Source of the DNA: a virus
DNA: 64,000 bases
Direction: 5' to 3' (one strand)
Virus record (IMG/VR): IMGVR_UViG_3300002092_001548
Coordinates: 1-64,000 of that record
The notes below the pieces were generated by a model. That model was not told the origin of the DNA and did not search any database. It saw only the letters and a list, made by a program, of their open reading frames with translations. The translations under genes were made by a program, and so were the position numbers. Shown piece by piece: positions 16,887-24,708 of the stretch (positions are counted from its first letter, which is position 1; each line of letters starts with the position of its first letter).

Positions 16887-17117
16887 TTATTCGATAGGGC
16901 AGTTCTCCGAATACCAGTCATTGTAGGACAAGTGCCATTCCTCCTCGAAAGCCGTCATCTGCGCTCCCGTGTAGGAAAAGGCTCGCTCCAGTTGACGCTT
17001 GATGATTCCGATATCCCAGTCCTCAAAGCTCCTCTGGATGAGGGTTGAAAGCTCGCGGTCATTGACTGCGCGAAGCATGAGTTCCGAAGTGGTGTTGTGT
17101 GTGATGTCAATTTTCAT
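16887..17117 (-). CDS. hypothetical protein
   Basis: 76 aa; GTGACA-17-TAGACT-6-ATG. Confidence 0.65.
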   Translation of the reverse strand: MKIDITHNTTSELMLRAVNDRELSTLIQRSFEDWDIGIIKRQLERAFSYTGAQMTAFEEEWHLSYNDWYSENCPIE

Positions 17118-17148
17118 GATTTGAGTCTAGGGGTTATTGGTTGAGTTG

Positions 17149-17358
17149 TCACCATTGAATTTCAATGTTTTTTGCGGCTCGGTAGGCGTTCACCATCTCA
17201 CCGATCCGTTTACGGCGAGCCTTGGCGAAGTCGCTAGTCACGCCCCAATCTTTGCGGCATTGCTTGTATTCCTTTATCTCGCCACGAATCGTAAGAGAAA
17301 GGAAGGTACGAATGTTGCAAACATTGTCGAAGTTGAGGGGTTGTGTTTTGTTTTTCAT
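17149..17358 (-). CDS. hypothetical protein, paralog of 14455-14664
   Basis: MKNKTQPLNFDNVCNIR..; TATTCT-6-ATG. Confidence 0.75.
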   Translation of the reverse strand: MKNKTQPLNFDNVCNIRTFLSLTIRGEIKEYKQCRKDWGVTSDFAKARRKRIGEMVNAYRAAKNIEIQW

Positions 17359-17435
17359 GGTTAAAGAATAGCACTGACCCACAAAAAAAACGAGAAAAAT
17401 CGTTCGGCTAGTGAAAATTTATTTTATGGAAAAGC

Positions 17436-17591
17436 TTGACACCCGCCGAGCCAGTGTTTATGCGGCTCTACGGCATATTCATCCGCAGGGTGGGGGGTAG
17501 CGCTAGAGCTAGTATTCATCGGCCTCCGACGATGTATGACAAGCGGCCGGGCGGGGCCGGGCGCTGTAAGTCCTTGACGGTAAGCAACTTA
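17436..17591 (+). repeat. long intergenic element copy R12 (near-identical to R9)
   Basis: TTGACA, B1 17446, B2 17504, GC core, box A 17567. Confidence 0.95.
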
Positions 17592-17759
17592 CGCTAATGT
17601 TTGTAACCCCATGTCACAGAGGCAGTTATCATAGCGGCAGCGAACCAGTAACTAACATCGCCCCACTTGCCAGAAATTGCCCATCTTGTGGCGTTTATAA
17701 CATACAAGAACATTATAACATAGTTAAAGAAGCGAGGATCAGTTATTATTTTAATCATA

Positions 17760-18158
17760 TTATTCATCATGGTGAGCTACTAAAATTCCATTGATTCCAC
17801 TTTCAAAAGCTTCAACAATAACATTAGGATTATCGTCGATGTGTAGTAAACTACCCAATTCTTGCAAGTGTGGAAGTTTAGATTTTCCTCCTGTTGAGAT
17901 TATACCCTTAATCGGCAAGTTGTGATCTTTCACGAATTGTTCAACCTCTCCAGTATCTTTTAATAGTCTAAAGGTAACAATCCATATATCATAACCTTTT
18001 TTACTATGATCGAATACAATTTCAAAGATTTCTTCAATCGGGGTTAATGTTCCCCCCTCAAGGTGTCCATGTCCCCAAGGTGATTTTGGATCCCAGACAT
18101 TATGGGTTTTAGCTAATGTCTCATCAAAGTCTACTGTTATTACTTTCTTTTTTGTCAT
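17760..18158 (-). CDS. HAD-superfamily hydrolase-like protein
   Basis: motif I ITVDFDETL, motif II IVTFR, Lys (GKSK) and motif IV HIDDN. Confidence 0.75.
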   Translation of the reverse strand: MTKKKVITVDFDETLAKTHNVWDPKSPWGHGHLEGGTLTPIEEIFEIVFDHSKKGYDIWIVTFRLLKDTGEVEQFVKDHNLPIKGIISTGGKSKLPHLQELGSLLHIDDNPNVIVEAFESGINGILVAHHDE

Positions 18159-18165
18159 ATTTTAT

Positions 18166-18381
18166 TTATTGGTTAAGTGGATCAGCAAAGAGGTTACGAA
18201 GGGCAATCTCTGCCGCTTTCTTGTTGGCGACTTCAATCTTTGCGTTGAATCTCGCATCTTTCCTCTCTTGAGGAATCCAAAAGCCTTTTGTGTAAAGGTC
18301 TCTCTTAATTGCCGAGAGTCTTTCGAGTTGGATTCTACGAAGCTCGATGATCTTTTGGTTTCTGTTGTTCTTATCTTTCAT
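18166..18381 (-). CDS. small basic hypothetical protein
   Basis: TTGTAA-17-TAGTAT-6-ATG. Confidence 0.65.
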   Translation of the reverse strand: MKDKNNRNQKIIELRRIQLERLSAIKRDLYTKGFWIPQERKDARFNAKIEVANKKAAEIALRNLFADPLNQ

Positions 18382-18458
18382 GTATTCATACTAGTCCCAA
18401 ACCGCAAAAATTACAACATCTTTTTTTGTTTTTGATAAACTTTTTTTAGCGAAAAGGC

Positions 18459-18604
18459 TTGACAGGCTCATGGTCACAGAATGCACGACCTTCATCCGCA
18501 GGCCATAGGGTGCCCCTAGAGCTAGTGTTTATGCGGGTCTACGAGGTATGGCCTCCCAACCGGGCGGGGCCGGGCGCCGTAAGTCGTTGATTATCAGGGC
18601 TTTA
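18459..18604 (+). repeat. long intergenic element copy R13 (B1 absent)
   Basis: TTGACA, B2 TAGAGCTAGTGTTTATGCGGGTCTA 18517, GC core, box A 18580. Confidence 0.92.
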
Positions 18605-18607
18605 TGA

Positions 18608-18670
18608 CTATCGCCGTATTGCTACGGCGACAACTAACATCATAAGAATTAGGACGATTATAGTACTCAT
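18608..18670 (-). CDS. 20-aa hydrophobic micropeptide
   Basis: MSTIIVLILMMLVVAVAIRR downstream of TTGACA-17-TACTAT (18720-18692). Confidence 0.4.
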   Translation of the reverse strand: MSTIIVLILMMLVVAVAIRR

Positions 18671-18741
18671 TCGGTGTGATTAGATCCTGCTATAGTATTC
18701 CCCTACGAGGGGAATGTCAAGACATTTTGTAATCATACGGC

Positions 18742-18918
18742 CTAGTGATGGCGGCGGTTGCTTGTGCCAGCATGACCGCCTGATGTGCCCTTGTGTCCAC
18801 GGCCATAGATGCCAGAGTGTGACGATGAGCTTCCCTTGTGTGACCATGCGGCCTGTGCTGGCGTGGCAACGATAAGGGCGAGGAGTGCGATGAGGGCGAT
18901 GTGTAGTGTGTGCTTCAT
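18742..18918 (-). CDS. secreted Gly/Ser/His-rich peptide
   Basis: signal peptide ending AQA, then a G/S/H-rich tail; TTGACA-17-CACAAT-6-ATG. Confidence 0.6.
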   Translation of the reverse strand: MKHTLHIALIALLALIVATPAQAAWSHKGSSSSHSGIYGRGHKGTSGGHAGTSNRRHH

Positions 18919-18955
18919 GTTGTTATTGTGGGTTATGTTGGTGAGTGTGTCAAGC

Positions 18956-19102
18956 CTATCGTGAGACGAGTTCGTGCTTGAGGTCAAGGACTAGATCGGA
19001 TGCCATGTAGGACAACCGCATGAGCAGATCATTGCCTTGACGCTCTGAACGGATAGAGAGCTTGATGAGGTAGTTGGAGAGAGTGATGAGATGTTTGTTC
19101 AT
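18956..19102 (-). CDS. small hypothetical protein (48 aa)
   Basis: TTGACG-17-CACAAT-6-ATG. Confidence 0.55.
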   Translation of the reverse strand: MNKHLITLSNYLIKLSIRSERQGNDLLMRLSYMASDLVLDLKHELVSR

Positions 19103-19114
19103 GTGTCTATTGTG

Positions 19115-19204
19115 CTAGTGATTGCAGATGCCGTCAACAAGATAAAGCAGGGCGACGAACTCGGCAACGATACCAATGGAGAGGAGTGAGATGATGAGTT
19201 TCAT
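19115..19204 (-). CDS. 29-aa membrane peptide
   Basis: MKLIISLLSIGIVAEFVALLYLVDGICNH, TAATG-coupled to the upstream gene. Confidence 0.5.
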   Translation of the reverse strand: MKLIISLLSIGIVAEFVALLYLVDGICNH

Positions 19205-19317
19205 TACTTGGAGCAAACTTCAAGAGCGAGGACGATGAGACCGACCGATGACAAGGCGAGGACGCCAAGCGAGAGGAAGGTGACGAGGATGAGGGCTGTG
19301 TCAATATGGTGTTTCAT
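19204..19317 (-). CDS. 37-aa membrane peptide
   Basis: MKHHIDTALILVTFLSLGVLALSSVGLIVLALEVCSK; TTTACA-17-CATACT-7-ATG. Confidence 0.5.
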   Translation of the reverse strand: MKHHIDTALILVTFLSLGVLALSSVGLIVLALEVCSK

Positions 19318-19361
19318 TTGATATAGTATGGTGTGTTTGTGGTGATATGTAAAGACTTTTT

Positions 19362-19766
19362 TTAGTCGTGTTTGTTATTCTTGTTGCACCAGTTATGCAT
19401 TGACTGCGAGGTTGCTTTGTAGTACGCATCAAACTCTTCGACGCTTACAGATGATTCTTTGAGAGCTTTGAGCGTTCCGACATTGCAAAGGTCGCCTTTC
19501 CAGTCAAGCATTGGAGTTGATCCGCTTGATGCTCCACGACCGAGGAGATAACCACGCTCGCCCCCTTCGTACTTGTAGATACCACCATACTTCGTATCCT
19601 CATAGATCTTGCCAACGACAAGCGTGTCGAGGATAGCACGAGCTTCTGGCTCGGTCATCTTATACTTAAACTCAAACGATAGCTTGGGCATTCCTGCGGC
19701 TCTCCATTCTTTCATGGTCATCTTGCTGATCTCTTCTTCTGTGTATTGTTTCGTTTCAGTGTTCAT
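19362..19766 (-). CDS. hypothetical protein
   Basis: 134 aa; TTTACA-17-TACATT-6-ATG. Confidence 0.7.
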   Translation of the reverse strand: MNTETKQYTEEEISKMTMKEWRAAGMPKLSFEFKYKMTEPEARAILDTLVVGKIYEDTKYGGIYKYEGGERGYLLGRGASSGSTPMLDWKGDLCNVGTLKALKESSVSVEEFDAYYKATSQSMHNWCNKNNKHD

Positions 19767-19808
19767 AGTTTTAATGTATAGGGGTTAAGGTTTATTGTAA
19801 AGGATTTT

Positions 19809-19949
19809 TTATTTTTTTATTCCTGCGTATTGTTCAAGAGCCTTGATCGTCTGTGCGTTGACCTCGGTGTATTGTTCCAGTGTCTTGGCGAAGTCGCGGA
19901 TCTGTGCCTTCAGAGGGTTCTCTCTGACTTTGTTTTTCTTAATCTTCAT
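19809..19949 (-). CDS. small hypothetical protein (46 aa)
   Basis: TTGCAA-17-TACTAT-6-ATG. Confidence 0.55.
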   Translation of the reverse strand: MKIKKNKVRENPLKAQIRDFAKTLEQYTEVNAQTIKALEQYAGIKK

Positions 19950-20026
19950 GTGTACATAGTACCCCAGATCTCCGCAGATTGCAACAATTATTTTTGTGTG
20001 TGATAAACTTTTTTTATTGAAAAAGC

Positions 20027-20070
20027 TTGACGGCTGTAGAGCTAGTGTTTATGCGGCTTGGCGGGCGGTG
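20027..20070 (+). repeat. truncated intergenic element copy R14
   Basis: TTGACG, then B box TAGAGCTAGTGTTTATGCGGCTTGG 10 bp later, then degenerate GC sequence; no box A. Confidence 0.75.
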
Positions 20071-20786
20071 CCGCCATGACTTATCCCCTCCAATTAACCG
20101 AAAGATATTGTAGGACATTGTGCCCGGCAGGGCGGGTGGGTGCAGTTTCCATCTCCACTAGCTATTTTAAACCTATAATTCAGAAATCTCCGCCCCCAAC
20201 ACTTCAAATCCCAAATCCGGGTCGCCTCGATAAGTCGCATTCGCCCCGATAAGTCGTACTCGCTACTACAGGAGAGTAGTAAATATACAATACTACCTAA
20301 ACATAGTAATTATATTCTTCTTATATTCCCGACCAATAACAAAACATAAAAAAATGACAAATAAATCAAAATTATACCCGAACGGTAATATTGTTGAGGT
20401 ATATGTCAAAATTATACCCCATCGGGCGGAATGGACGAACGAGCAGCCCCCCTCTTATTTATAAAAATTAGTACATGAAATTAAATTAATTAATTAACAT
20501 ATTCAGAAAATACCGGGCCGTTATATTCATACCCCCGCACCCGAAGGGTTCAGTATACAAGCGGCTGTAGGTCGTCCCCCTGTGTAATGTATATTATGAT
20601 TACCCGTGTTCACAGAAAGGTTATCCAGTCAGTATCACCAAACACAATTGTAACTAAATCAAAAAATCCAGTTATTATAAAAAAGTCTGGAGATAAGGAC
20701 TAGGAGAGTTAATTAGTTTCCCCCTATGAAAGGTTTATTAAACCATTTAATGGTTTTATTCTGCCGTTGGCTACTAGAGCCACCCG

Positions 20787-20969
20787 TTAAGCAAAAAGCG
20801 CGAGGAACTTCTGCCAAAGAGTCCTTTTAACTGGAAGGGGCGCTGGCTGTGGGGCTAGGGCTTCCGTAGCCCTTTTGCGCCTAGCCTGACTAGACACCTT
20901 TCCTTTCTTCGTAATGCAACAATCACTATTCTCAATACTACAACTCTTTGTTTTCTTTGTCTTGCTCAT
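20787..20969 (-). CDS. small basic hypothetical protein
   Basis: 60-aa ORF. Confidence 0.5.
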   Translation of the reverse strand: MSKTKKTKSCSIENSDCCITKKGKVSSQARRKRATEALAPQPAPLPVKRTLWQKFLALFA

Positions 20970-21184
20970 TATTATTATAAGGAAGTAGGGGGACGTTATC
21001 TATTCAATTATTTATTAGGGGGGAGAAGAGTGGGACTGAACATTTTCCGCTTCTAGTTCACGAATAGCCTCTACTAAATAATCTAGCTCTTGAGTTATTT
21101 CTTTTGTATATCCCAATTTCTCATGGCGTATTAATGAGAAGAACTTTTTCTTTAGTGTTGAGATTACATAGTCTTCCTTTTCCA

Positions 21185-21457
21185 TTATTGCAGTCTAGGA
21201 AGTGGGGTTCGGGCTTTTAGTTTTCGGCTTATGAATGTGAGTGTGTCTTCGTCCCTCGCAAAAGTAATAGTGTCAATATGTCCCTTACGGTCATAAGTCG
21301 TAAGCGCAACTGGAAAGTATGAACCGCCAGATAGTAGGAAATGTGCAAGCCGGGCACGACACCTTAATTCCCACTGGTAAACGGGAGAAAAGAAATTATT
21401 TATTCTATCTAGTAGAATAACAAGAACGTACAGGCAGTTAAATTTAAAATTGAACAT
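21185..21457 (-). CDS. hypothetical protein
   Basis: 90-aa ORF in a minus-strand gene run. Confidence 0.45.
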   Translation of the reverse strand: MFNFKFNCLYVLVILLDRINNFFSPVYQWELRCRARLAHFLLSGGSYFPVALTTYDRKGHIDTITFARDEDTLTFISRKLKARTPLPRLQ

Positions 21458-21475
21458 TATAATAATGGGTTAAGC

Positions 21476-21667
21476 CTAGATGCTCTGCAATTCAATCGTC
21501 CGCCCATCTTTGCTCTTAACCGGGCGCGCGGTGTATAGGTCAGTACCTGAATAAATTCGGTATGTGCCCTCTGAAGTATTCATTCCAATAATTTTACCAT
21601 ATCTCCAATTCTTTACCGGAGTATCTAGGAACTCTACATTGTCATTGATTTTATAATTAATTTTCAT
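21476..21667 (-). CDS. small SH3-like hypothetical protein
   Basis: YKINDNVEF..YGKIIG..YRI pattern. Confidence 0.5.
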   Translation of the reverse strand: MKINYKINDNVEFLDTPVKNWRYGKIIGMNTSEGTYRIYSGTDLYTARPVKSKDGRTIELQSI

Positions 21668-21726
21668 TCTTGTTATGTTAGTTATTATTCTAGCGTTAGT
21701 TATAGTATGCGGCGAGATTTATCTCG

Positions 21727-22068
21727 TTAGTTATAGTATGGGTCGTCATTCTCCCCATCACTATATCTTACTCTTTCTTTATTCCATTGTCTATAATTTT
21801 CTAGTACTAGTAGGTAGCATTCTAGCGCGCCGACCTTACCGCCCGGCCCTCCATCCTCGCGCCGATGGTAAACCTCGTACTCTGTTCCGCCTAGCGCCTG
21901 TTGTTCTTCGGAAGTTAAATAGGCGTCTTCGCCATACTTTAAGCTGGAAACAATTCGTTCTTCTAATAAATATTTACCTTCAAACGCGCCGAATAGGTCT
22001 ACCTCAAAACGATTAACCTCCTGCCAGCATGAAGTACCCTGTACAATCTTATAGGCCATAGTCATCAT
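21727..22068 (-). CDS. hypothetical protein
   Basis: 113 aa, overlapping its neighbour. Confidence 0.55.
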   Translation of the reverse strand: MMTMAYKIVQGTSCWQEVNRFEVDLFGAFEGKYLLEERIVSSLKYGEDAYLTSEEQQALGGTEYEVYHRREDGGPGGKVGALECYLLVLENYRQWNKERVRYSDGENDDPYYN

Positions 22069-22333
22069 CCCGTGTTAATTGGTTAAACCTATTTAGAATC
22101 TCGCAGAGATTGCACCCGCAATCCCTAGTACACTTGTACTGTTCAAATTTAATTTCTTTTATTAGTTCCATGAATAGCTCTGCAAGTTGCGCCTTTTCAC
22201 GCTTTGCTCTTTTTAAGCGTACCGATAGGTACGCGCATTCTACAACACAATCGTCGATTATATCCTCCAGATTCTTATTATCTTCTAGATTCTTCTTATC
22301 TTCTAGACCTTTATCATTTAATTCTTGGCTCAT
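22049..22333 (-). CDS. hypothetical protein (CxxxCxCxxC)
   Basis: 94 aa, short LEDxKN repeats. Confidence 0.55.
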   Translation of the reverse strand: MSQELNDKGLEDKKNLEDNKNLEDIIDDCVVECAYLSVRLKRAKREKAQLAELFMELIKEIKFEQYKCTRDCGCNLCEILNRFNQLTRDDDYGL

Positions 22334-22336
22334 ACA

Positions 22337-22996
22337 TTATCTATCTAAATGTTTAATTTGTTCTTCTAGCTTCTCTAACCTATGGGCTAGAGACTCTGCG
22401 GCCTCTTCCCAACTGCGCTCCTGTGAATTTTCTTTTTTCTGTTCGTCCGATTTTCCCATTAATTTATTTAGGAGTGCGCGCATTCGGGGTGTTTCCTCCG
22501 TGGCCTTCGCCTCGGCAAAGGTAACGTTTGTAACAAATAACTTTTTAAGATCATCATTCTTATTTAGATCAATACCGCCCCAATGTAGTGGGTGCGTTGA
22601 ATTGGCCTGTTCTTTATCGGCATAGTGCGCAAGCCTTGTTAAGTGAATCTTGTTCTCTTGTTTGAGGATGCTAATCTCATTCTTTAATTCGAGAATCTGA
22701 TTCTCATAATTTCTATTTTGGTCAGAGTCAATTTCATTAACACGATCAATTAGATCGACATTCTCCTTCTTGAGTTGGTCAATATGTCCCTGCGCGCCCT
22801 TAATTACAACCTCAAGCGCGCCATTTCTCTTCTGCGCACTATCAAGTACGGTTCTCAATTCTCTAATCTCTTCTCTTTGTTTATAGATCAGGGGGTCAGT
22901 CCAGTCAACATTACAAGCACATTCACTTTCGCTATGGGCATAACATTGGCAGTCCTGTCCGGGCGTTATATATTCTTTATTGTTTTTAGATTTCAT
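22337..22996 (-). CDS. coiled-coil hypothetical protein
   Basis: N-terminal CQC..ECAC followed by a heptad-rich region. Confidence 0.65.
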   Translation of the reverse strand: MKSKNNKEYITPGQDCQCYAHSESECACNVDWTDPLIYKQREEIRELRTVLDSAQKRNGALEVVIKGAQGHIDQLKKENVDLIDRVNEIDSDQNRNYENQILELKNEISILKQENKIHLTRLAHYADKEQANSTHPLHWGGIDLNKNDDLKKLFVTNVTFAEAKATEETPRMRALLNKLMGKSDEQKKENSQERSWEEAAESLAHRLEKLEEQIKHLDR

Positions 22997-23008
22997 ATTA
23001 TTTTAGTA

Positions 23009-23260
23009 TTATTCCTTACTAAGAACTGTCTGTCCATTCTTGTATTGAGTTTTCATCTGGGCCAAAGTATCAAAGATATAGTTCTCCACCTTATCTTTAT
23101 AGTCTTCCTTGTCTGGAATATGGTTAATAAAATTTCCAATAACCGATAGGCAAGCCACAACAATATCTTTTGGATTTACGCTGTTACCTAAGTCTCCAAA
23201 TTTGGAGACCATATCGCCATTTTCATTTTCTTTTTCGACTTGTACGAATAGTGTTCTCAT
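23009..23260 (-). CDS. hypothetical protein
   Basis: 83-aa ORF. Confidence 0.6.
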   Translation of the reverse strand: MRTLFVQVEKENENGDMVSKFGDLGNSVNPKDIVVACLSVIGNFINHIPDKEDYKDKVENYIFDTLAQMKTQYKNGQTVLSKE

Positions 23261-23276
23261 ATTTTTGTTTTTTATT

Positions 23277-23498
23277 TTAATAAAGTGTCAGGCCCCGGCC
23301 TTCGATTAGGGAATTTAATTCTAACCTTACCATTTTGAGGGTATTAATACAATTTTTAGTATCATCTTGTGCATACTTAATTTTATTTCTCAAGTACTGG
23401 TCTATCTCAAAACATACGCCCTTCCAGTGGGCGCCGTTAAACGCGGTCTGATGCTCTTCTTCCTCTTCTGGAAGATCGAATTCTAATGTAGCTTTCAT
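23277..23498 (-). CDS. hypothetical phage protein
   Basis: MKATLEFDLPEE..QYLRNKIKY; similar to 9985-10233. Confidence 0.7.
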   Translation of the reverse strand: MKATLEFDLPEEEEEHQTAFNGAHWKGVCFEIDQYLRNKIKYAQDDTKNCINTLKMVRLELNSLIEGRGLTLY

Positions 23499-23869
23499 AT
23501 TTATGCTTTAACTTTATAATAATTTTATAAAAGAGTAAAGAAAATTTTTGCCACACTGTTTTTAATAATTGGAACCATATAGAAATTCCATATAAAAAGA
23601 AAGGAAGAAAAGCCAACCCAACAAAGCAAAGAATTGTTAGGGTCACATCATCCATATTACCAATGGCGGATTATTCCCGCAATAATAAATAAATTAGTTA
23701 CAACATAAATTAAAACAATCGCTGTTCTTATTATCGCTACTCTATCGGCCTCGTGATTATGGCGCCCCGCCTTATCACCAAGCGCCTTTGCCCAAAGCCT
23801 CCAAGTATTTTGCATGTCTTATAATAGTGAAAATCTATTAAAATTTAAATAAAATGTGTAATAGGACAT

Positions 23870-24166
23870 ATGTCCGAGTTAATGAAGAAGGTATGCTCTC
23901 TCTGTGGGGGAGAGTTTGAGTTCGTTTGTTTTAACGTCAATCGCCGCAACAAGGATGGCCTCCACGCTTGGTGTAAGGTCTGTTGCCGTAGAATGGAGCA
24001 GGAAAGATATAAAATAGTTAAAGAAGACAAGCTTAAGGCGGTGCGACAATGGCAAGCAAAGAATCTAGATAAGATTAAAGAGTATAAAAAAAATTGGCGA
24101 GACAAGCAAAAGCCTGCCCCGCCAACCGAAGGTTCGTTGTCCGAAAGCCCTATTAAGCCGTCTTGA
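23870..24166 (+). CDS. zinc-binding protein resembling the N-terminus of HNH/endonuclease VII proteins
   Basis: CSLC..F....KDGL..WCKVC; no nuclease domain follows; GTGTAA 14 nt upstream. Confidence 0.6.
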   Translation: MSELMKKVCSLCGGEFEFVCFNVNRRNKDGLHAWCKVCCRRMEQERYKIVKEDKLKAVRQWQAKNLDKIKEYKKNWRDKQKPAPPTEGSLSESPIKPS

Positions 24167-24638
24167 TCGTAATTTTTTTCGGCTTTGCACTTTCGGCCTT
24201 ATTCGCCGTAATATAAAGAACTCCGTGATCTAGCTTTGCATTGATAGATTCTGGATCAATTTCCTTATACAGGGAGACCGAATGGTAAAACTTAAGACTA
24301 TCTTGTTCGGCATTGACATGTAATACTTCATTTTCTACAGAGATATTAATATTTTCTTTCTTGAATCTGGGCATCTCTAGCTCAATCTCGTAAAGGTTTT
24401 CATTATTCTTATTTACCTTCCAAGGATTTGAATAGCCGCCATAGCTACTTGTTACGGCATCGAATGTGCTAAATAGGCCGGGCCACTTACTCGTCCAGTT
24501 GTCCATGACGGAAAAGGGGTCGTAGGATGTGTTGATAGATCCTACTGTGTAGTCTCCACCAGTTAGCCCTGAAGAGGTCGTGAGACCATTAAGAATTGAT
24601 GTTGCTAGGTTATTTTTTGGTACTAGTGTTATGTTCAT
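24153..24638 (-). CDS. small heat shock protein (Hsp20/alpha-crystallin)
   Basis: YEIELEMPRFKKENINISVENEVLHV..IDPESINAKLDHGVLYIT..PKKITI. Confidence 0.9.
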   Translation of the reverse strand: MNITLVPKNNLATSILNGLTTSSGLTGGDYTVGSINTSYDPFSVMDNWTSKWPGLFSTFDAVTSSYGGYSNPWKVNKNNENLYEIELEMPRFKKENINISVENEVLHVNAEQDSLKFYHSVSLYKEIDPESINAKLDHGVLYITANKAESAKPKKITIKTA

Positions 24639-24708
24639 AATTTTGAATGTTACAATACTGAGACAAAGATTTTGTTGGAATGTTCAAATTATTTTTGTAA
24701 TATATGTT

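Noticed and set aside
10880-18604. GGGCGGGG core as KOPS or a G-quadruplex
   Set aside because: It differs from GGGNAGGG at a conserved position and has only three runs of three or more G; not supportable from sequence alone.
2112-20070. Repeat family as a CRISPR array
   Set aside because: Copies are 0.4-2.4 kb apart, degenerate and separated by whole genes; no cas genes are visible.
2112-20070. Repeat family as classical integron attC sites or Xer dif sites
   Set aside because: No consistent RYYYAAC..GTTRRRY ends around one long hairpin, no match to the 11-6-11 dif layout, and no integrase in the window; kept only as an analogy.
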